Shown: positions 57,700 through 64,000 of the stretch, one piece after another
How the letters are laid out: each line of letters starts with the position of its first letter
Numbering within the stretch: position 1 is the stretch's first letter
Assembly (NCBI RefSeq): GCF_020745735.1
Contig: NC_083438.1
Location: 32,548,443-32,612,442, forward strand
Direction of reading: 5' to 3'
Length of the DNA: 64,000 nt
Source: Hemiscyllium ocellatum
Taxonomy: Eukaryota
Position numbers and translations under genes: made by a program
The notes under the pieces: model-generated
Databases searched by the model: none
What the model was told of the DNA's origin: nothing
The model's input: the letters and a program-made list of their open reading frames with translations, nothing else

Positions 57700-60600
57700 T
57701 TGACAGAAAGACCTTTAATGGTGTCTTGCTCTGCAGCACCTTGGCTCAAGCTTTGAGAGTGCCTCTCACTGAGTTGATGGTCCTCCAGGCACAGTCAATG
57801 TTTGTCTAGGTTTGCATCCTGGGGAACAGACCGGAGTGCACAGAGTCCTGGACCACGGTGGTCCTCAGGACAATATTCAACATGCACCACTGCATCTCTC
57901 TGCAGACTTCCTTTGTGAAGGCACATTCCAGAAGGAGATGTGTGACAATCTCTACACCTTCCCCCCTCAACCCAGCATATGGTGGCACAGACTGACCGGG
58001 TGTACATGAAGGATCTCACTGGTAGTCTCCTTCCCACCACCAGCCAAGCGATGTCTTGGTGCTTGTTGGGAAGTTTTGGTGATGAAACCTCTGCACCGCT
58101 GAAGCCAAATGCCAACTCAATGACACCTCTTCCGACTGCCCCCTCGACCATGACCCCACCCCCCCTCACCAAACCATCATCTCCCAGACCATACAGAACC
58201 TCATCACCTCAGGAGACCTCCCACCCACAGCTTCCAACCTCATAGTCTGGGAACCCTGCACTGCCCTGTTCTACCTCCTTCCCAAGATCCACAAGCCTGA
58301 CCACCCTGGCCGACCCATTGTCTCAGCATGCTCCTGCCCCGCTGAACTCATCTCTACCTACCTCAACATTGTCCTATCCCCGCTAGTCCAGGAACTCCCC
58401 ACATACGTTTGAGACACCACCCACACCCTCCACCTCCTCCAAGACTTCCGTTTCCCCGGCCCCCAATGCCTCATCTTCACCATGGATATCCAATCCCTCT
58501 ACACCTCCATCTGCCATGACCAGGGCCTCCAAGCCCTCGGTTTTTTCCTCTCCAGACATCCCTAACAGTACCCTTCCACCGACACTCTCATTCGTTTGGC
58601 CGAACTGGTCCTCGCCCTTAACAATTTCTCCTTCGAATCCTCCCACTTCCTCCAGACCAAAGGGGTAGCCATGGGCACACGTATGGGCCCCAGCTACGCC
58701 TGTTTCTTTGTTGGCTACGTAGAACAGTTGATCTTCCGTAATTACACCGGCACCACTCCCCACCTCTTCCTCCGCCACATTGATGACTGCATTGGCGCCA
58801 CCTCGTACTCCCGCGAGGAAGTTGAGCAATTCATCAACTTCACCGGCACAGTCCACCCTGACCTTAAATTTACCTGGACCATCTCTGACACCTCCCTCCC
58901 CTTCCTGGGCCTCTCCATCTCTATTAATGACGACCGACTTGACACTGACATTTTTTACAAAGCCTACGACTCCCACAGCTACCTGGAATACACCTCTTCC
59001 CACCCTACCTCTTGCAAAAATGCCATCCCGTATTCCCAATTCCTCCGCCACCGCCGTATCTGCTCCCAGGAGAACCAGTTCCACCACAGAACACACCAGA
59101 TGGTCTCCTTCTTTAGAGACCACAATTTCCCTTACCACATGGTTAAAGATGCCCTCCAACGCATCTCGCCCACATCCCGCACCTCCGCCCTCAGACCCCA
59201 CCCCTCCAACCGTAACAAGGACAGAACGCCCCTGGTGCTCACCTTCCACCCTACAAACCTTCACATAAACCAAATCATCTGCCGACATTTCTACCACCTA
59301 CAACTACCACCACCACCAGGGATATATTTCCCTCCCCACCCCTTTCCACCTTCCGCAAAGACCGTTCCCTCCGTGACTACCTGGTCAGGTCCACGCCTCC
59401 CCTACAACCCACACGCCCATCCTGGCACTTTCCCCTGCCACCGCAGGAACTGTAAAACCTGTGCCCACACCTCCTTCCTCACCTCTATCCAAGGCCCTAA
59501 AGGAGCCTTCCACATCCATCAAAGTTTTACCTGCACATCCACTAATATCATTTATTGTATCCGTTGCTCCCGATGCAGTCTCCTCGACATTGGGGAAACT
59601 GGGTGCCTCTTAGCAGAGTGCTTTAGGGAACATCTCCGGGACACCCGCACCAATCAAACACACCGCCCGTGGCCCAACATTTCAACTCCCCCTCCCACTC
59701 TGCCGAGGACATGGAGGTCCTGGGCCTCCTTCACTGCCCCTCCCTCACCACCAGACGCCTGGAGGAAGAACTCCTCATCTTCCGCCTCGGAACACTGCAA
59801 CCCCAGGGCATCAATGTGGACTTCAACCGCTTCCTCAATTCCCCTTCCCCCACCTCACCCTAGTTCCAAACTTCCAGCTCAGCACTGTCCCCATACCTTG
59901 TCCGAACTTGTCCTACCTGCCTATCTCCTTTTCCACCTATCCACTCCATCCTCTCCTCCCTGACCTATCACCATCATCCCCTCCCCCACTCACCTATTGT
60001 ACTCCATGCTACTCTCTCCCCACCCCCACCCTCCTCTAGCTTATCTCTCCACGCTTCAGGCTCACTGCCTTTATTCCTGATGAAGGGCTTTTGCTCGAAA
60101 CGTCAATTTTTCTGCTCCTTGGATGCTGCCTGAACTGCTGTGCTATTCCAGCACCACTAATCCAGAATCTGGTTTCCAGCATCTGCAGTCATTGTTTTTA
60201 CCTAAATGACTTTGACAGTCTGCTCAGGGAACCAAGGAACAGGAAACACTCTCTCCTTTTCTCTCAGGGTCCCGAGGCTGCTATGTGCTAACCACTTTCT
60301 GATGAACCTGTGGTCCAAGATGGTTTTCTTTGTAAATTTCTCCATGAAATACAGGTGATACGGAACGGACCAAATACCTGGAGCGTTCTGTTACAGCGAG
60401 GTCAGTCTCAACCTTGACAATGCTGGGGACAGGTGGAACCTTAGTAGCTGGTGACCCTTGGTGTTTGTGTATCGAGAGTCTACACACAGCTTGATGCAGC
60501 CACACACAGAGGTGGCCATCAGCATGAGGGTGGCATTGGGTACATTCTCCACCCCCTCCCCAGTCCTGCAGACACGGTCAAACTTAGACCTCCAGATGAA

Positions 60601-61450
60601 ATGGAAGATGGCTCGGGTGACTGCAATGGTGCAGATTCTGGGAGTGGGCCAGACTTGAGCTGCGTACAACAACAGAGAGAGTGCCTCACAGCTGATGACC
60701 AGGTTTTTATCCACAATAGAGAGAGAGCAGTGCTCTCAAAAGACCAGTTTCTGCTTCACCTTGGCGATGGCCTTCTCCCAAGATATTGTGTATGCCCCGG
60801 CCCCTCCAAACCATATTCCCAGCACCTTCAAGTAATCTGTCCCAGGGAAAGAGATAAAAGATCGGTCAGCCCAGTTCCTAAAGACCATGCCCTTGTTCTT
60901 GCCTCGATTGACCTTGGCTCCCAAGGCCAGTTCGAACAGGTCACAGATTCCCATCAGTCTGTGCACTGATAATGGATCTGAGCAGAAAATGGCAACATTA
61001 TCCATGTACAGGGAGGCTTTGACCCACTGGCCCCCGGCTGCCTGGAATAATCACCCCTCTGAGGCTCACATCCTTCCTGATGGACTCAGCAGAGGGCTCC
61101 ATACAACAACCACACACAAGGCAGGAGAGAGTGGGCAGCCCCGCCTGACTCCAGATCGGATCGGGAACCTTCCTGATTCCCAGCCATTGACTGAGACTGC
61201 GCTAACAATATGGTGTAGAGGAACAAAAAATGAAAGAACTGCAGATGTTGTAAATCAGAAACAAAAACAGAAATTCTTGGAAAACCTCCTCTGGTTCTGA
61301 GGAAGGGTCGTTTGATCCAAAACATTAAATCTGATTTCTTTCCACAGATGCTGTGAGACGTGCTGAGTTTTTCCTGCAATTTCTGTTGTTGCAGACCACT
61401 GGAATCCAATTGCAGATTCCCTCCCCAACACCCATTTTGGACAGCACATA
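57700..61450 (-). mobile_element. Second L1/Tx1-clade fragment, interrupted by Penelope
   Basis: Homologous to 41455-43650 (SSPKLPNKHQDIAW; GVRRGCPLSPAL). Confidence 0.8.
58105..60202 (+). mobile_element. Penelope-like element (RT + GIY-YIG + pLTR; hammerhead-like motif at 60077-60104)
   Basis: ORF 58596-59963: GVAMGTRMGP, HIDD; IIYCIRC...IGETG after a frameshift. Confidence 0.9.
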
Positions 61451-61999
61451 CAACTACCGCCAAATAAAACTGAAGTGACACTTGTATTTTTCCTTGTGAG
61501 TTAATTACAGCTGCATACATTCTGGGTCACTGCCAGGTTCCCTCCAGTCTATATCACCATCTCTTTCTGCCTGGCTGAACTTATTCTGATACTAAACAAC
61601 ATCTCACTCACTGACTTGCTTCAAACCAAAGAGCACCCACACTGGCTCTCTCAGAAAGGCCACGTCAATGGGGCCTGTCCCTACTCCCCTCCCCCGGTCT
61701 GTACGTGACCTTTCAGCCTACAGAGAATGTTCATTTGAAAAGAATGCAGTTGGATTTACCGTCATTCAGGGGAACTCCTGGTCTGAACAACAGCTATAAT
61801 CAGAACGGAAACATTCATTCTGTTTCCACAGATGAATTCTTCCACTCTCACACAGGGAGAGGGGTGACTGAAGGATCCGGTAGCAGCCTCTGTCGGGAAA
61901 TGCAGGTCAAAGCTGGCAAAGCTGAAGGGATTAGATTGAGACAAGTGGGGACTCCCGGAGAACTTTGGGTGCAGAGGGAGAGAGACAGGGATCACAAAC

Positions 62000-62130
62000 A
62001 TTTCTCCTCAGAAGCTATGAGGTGATGGAAACATGAAGGTGGACTTCGGGACAGGCAGCAGAGGAAAGTGGCCGAGCAGAGGCTGATAGCTCAGTTCGGT
62101 TCCCATAGGGAGGGCTTCAACTGGGACCTT
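62000..62130 (+). mobile_element. Penelope GIY-YIG C-terminal fragment (second family)
   Basis: RKVAEQRLIAQFGSHREG..WDLG. Confidence 0.5.
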
Positions 62131-62288
62131 GGGGTCAGACACCCTTATAGACACACACACTCCCAAATTCACACATGTACCCCCTCACAGTCTTAAGACA
62201 CTCTGCACTCACTACACACACATATACATATACACACACACACACTTTCTCACACTCACAACCCCCACCCCAGACAGACACATACACA

Positions 62289-63680
62289 CCTAACTTCACT
62301 ACTGGTCAGCGGTGCATTAACATAGCCGATTTCGCCATTAACAACGGGTGCTTCTCTAAGGGGATATATTTGTACCGATGCCCCACCTATGTCTCTCTCT
62401 TCACTTCTTTTTACTGCTGATCTCGTTCTAATCGGACTCAAGGGAAGGTCTTCCACCAGACCCCTTTCAGGTCCTTGTACCGGAGGGGGTGCTGTGGGAG
62501 AGGGAAACGACAGGCCATTATTATCACTGTTATATGGAGGGGGGGGGGGGGGGGGGGGGGGGAGCTTGACAAAGGATCCCAGCGGGAATCCTTTGTTTCC
62601 TCATTGCCTTCTTCCGTTCTTGACTTTTTCAGATTTAAAATTTTTGGGCTCCCTATATAACAGGCGGCGTAGTCAGATTCTTTATAGGAGCACTTATGTT
62701 TCCTATTTACATATATATTTAAATCTTGACATAACCAATCCTCGTCTGACCCATATTTAGGCCAAAATACATTTGGGGCTTTAATGCTTTCCTTAGTCCA
62801 CTCAAAACAACAAAGTTTTATCATTTGTTTTTGGTCTTTTCCTCACGTCCGAGGATTGTATTTCCAATCTCTTCGCATTTTTCCTAAAGGACTGTCCATT
62901 GGGATATAGCCTTCGGATGTCTCTCTCATTTCTCTTTCGACATCTGAATTGCTATTCTTATTTCCCATTTTAATACTCGGCCGTTTTCTTTATATAATTT
63001 TAATTAACCTCTCTGAGGTTCGGTGTTACGTTCTTCCACATCCACTTCAGGATCCTAGCCTCCGCGTGGGGGTTTCCCCTCTTAATAACCGGTCTAAGGC
63101 TGGGTGATCCAATCAGTTAGACACCTTACTTGTGAGATTAATCTAGCCAATTAAAGACCATTATTCTCTTTTCTTTAAAGTTGCCAATTCCCCCGTACAG
63201 AACCGACCACCAAGGTAATACGTAAAGGTCAATTTTCATCCCTTGCTCTGTGCACAAAAGTTACCTGGTCGAATGCGCGCCCCGTCCCGCGGCCATACCA
63301 GACAGCGAAAACTGTTGTCAATCTAGGTCGCCCGAAAATTTACCTTCACCCGGGTCTTATGTACACAAGAGTAACCCGACCGAACCACCACGTCTTAGTG
63401 CCCTTCGCACCGCGGCGAAACAGCAAGTAATGCTGCAAATCCTGGCCACCCGCGAATGCGGGTCTTAAGTCCATAAGAGTTACCTGACCAACCTGCCAGG
63501 TCTTAGTGTGCCTCGCTCGTCAACAAAACAAAACCTGCTGCCTACCCCGGTCGCCCGGATAATACTTATTTAAGACCTTTTTCATATCCGGATCTTGTGC
63601 ACAACCCGCCGCGTCGCGTCTGCCCGTCTTGTTTCCAGGGTCTCTCAGTCCAGATCTCGCTCGCCCGAGCTGCCGCGGCA
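62289..63680 (-). mobile_element. Endogenous retrovirus fragment: leader + gag (MA, PPPY, start of CA)
   Basis: Minus ORFs FWPKYGSDEDWLCQDLNIYVN...SDYAAC and YPLREAP...GYVNAPLTSSEVR; CCC CCT CCA TAT (PPPY) near 62531-62545. Confidence 0.7.
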
Positions 63681-63950
63681 ATGGGGGAGAGGGGAAAGAT
63701 ATAAAAGAGACCTAAGGGGCAGCTTTATCACACGGAGGGTGGTACGTGTATGGAGGGTGCCAGAGGATGTGATGGAGGGTGGTACAATTGTAACTTTTAA
63801 AAGGCATTTGGATGGGTATATAAATAGGAAGGGTTTGGAGGGATATGGGCCATGTGCTGGCAGGTGGGATAAGATTGGGTTGGGATATCTGGTCGGCATG
63901 GACGGGTTGGACCAAAGGGTCTGTTTTCATGCTGTACACCCCAATGATTC
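63680..63950 (+). mobile_element. CR1 3' end
   Basis: Same tail as the other CR1 copies. Confidence 0.85.
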
Positions 63951-64000
63951 TAGTTCTGGAATGTTGCACTAGTTCCATGGTAACCCTTTGATCTTTGTAT

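Noticed and set aside
58383-59297. 304-aa minus-strand ORF, and similar ones at 9531-9896, 3280-3672 and 44172-44624
   Set aside because: Antisense shadows of Penelope, Ig or L1 coding sequence; no independent domain signal.

Overview
Vertebrate genomic DNA, almost certainly a cartilaginous fish (shark). This is inferred from the HE1-like V-SINEs, abundant CR1 LINEs and Penelope-like elements. About three quarters of the window is decayed, nested retroelements. Embedded on the + strand is a chain of symmetrical phase 1-1 exons with canonical AG/GT sites. Joined in order they give an open frame of about 961 aa (hand count; leader is outside the window): Ig - group-B SRCR - Ig - four tandem near-identical Ig exons (D1-D4) - Ig - Ig - TM - short tail ending EEFDIINPVYSTDIGS*. 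This is a candidate hybrid Ig/scavenger receptor with LILR/OSCAR/A1BG-like Ig domains and an LDLR-type NPxY motif. Its Ig stalk was expanded by CR1-bounded tandem duplication. Downstream, past a consensus CTCF site, lie two B7/butyrophilin-like IgV exons (one frameshifted, one intact) and a Pro-rich micro-exon. The repeats include hammerhead-ribozyme-like motifs in Penelope pseudo-LTRs, pLTR-only mini-elements with target-site duplications (TSDs), an ORF1-only L1 derivative with a 15-bp TSD, and an ERV gag fragment. A 174-N gap lies inside the receptor gene. Exon joining is predicted from sequence only. Repeat boundaries are approximate and were read by eye.
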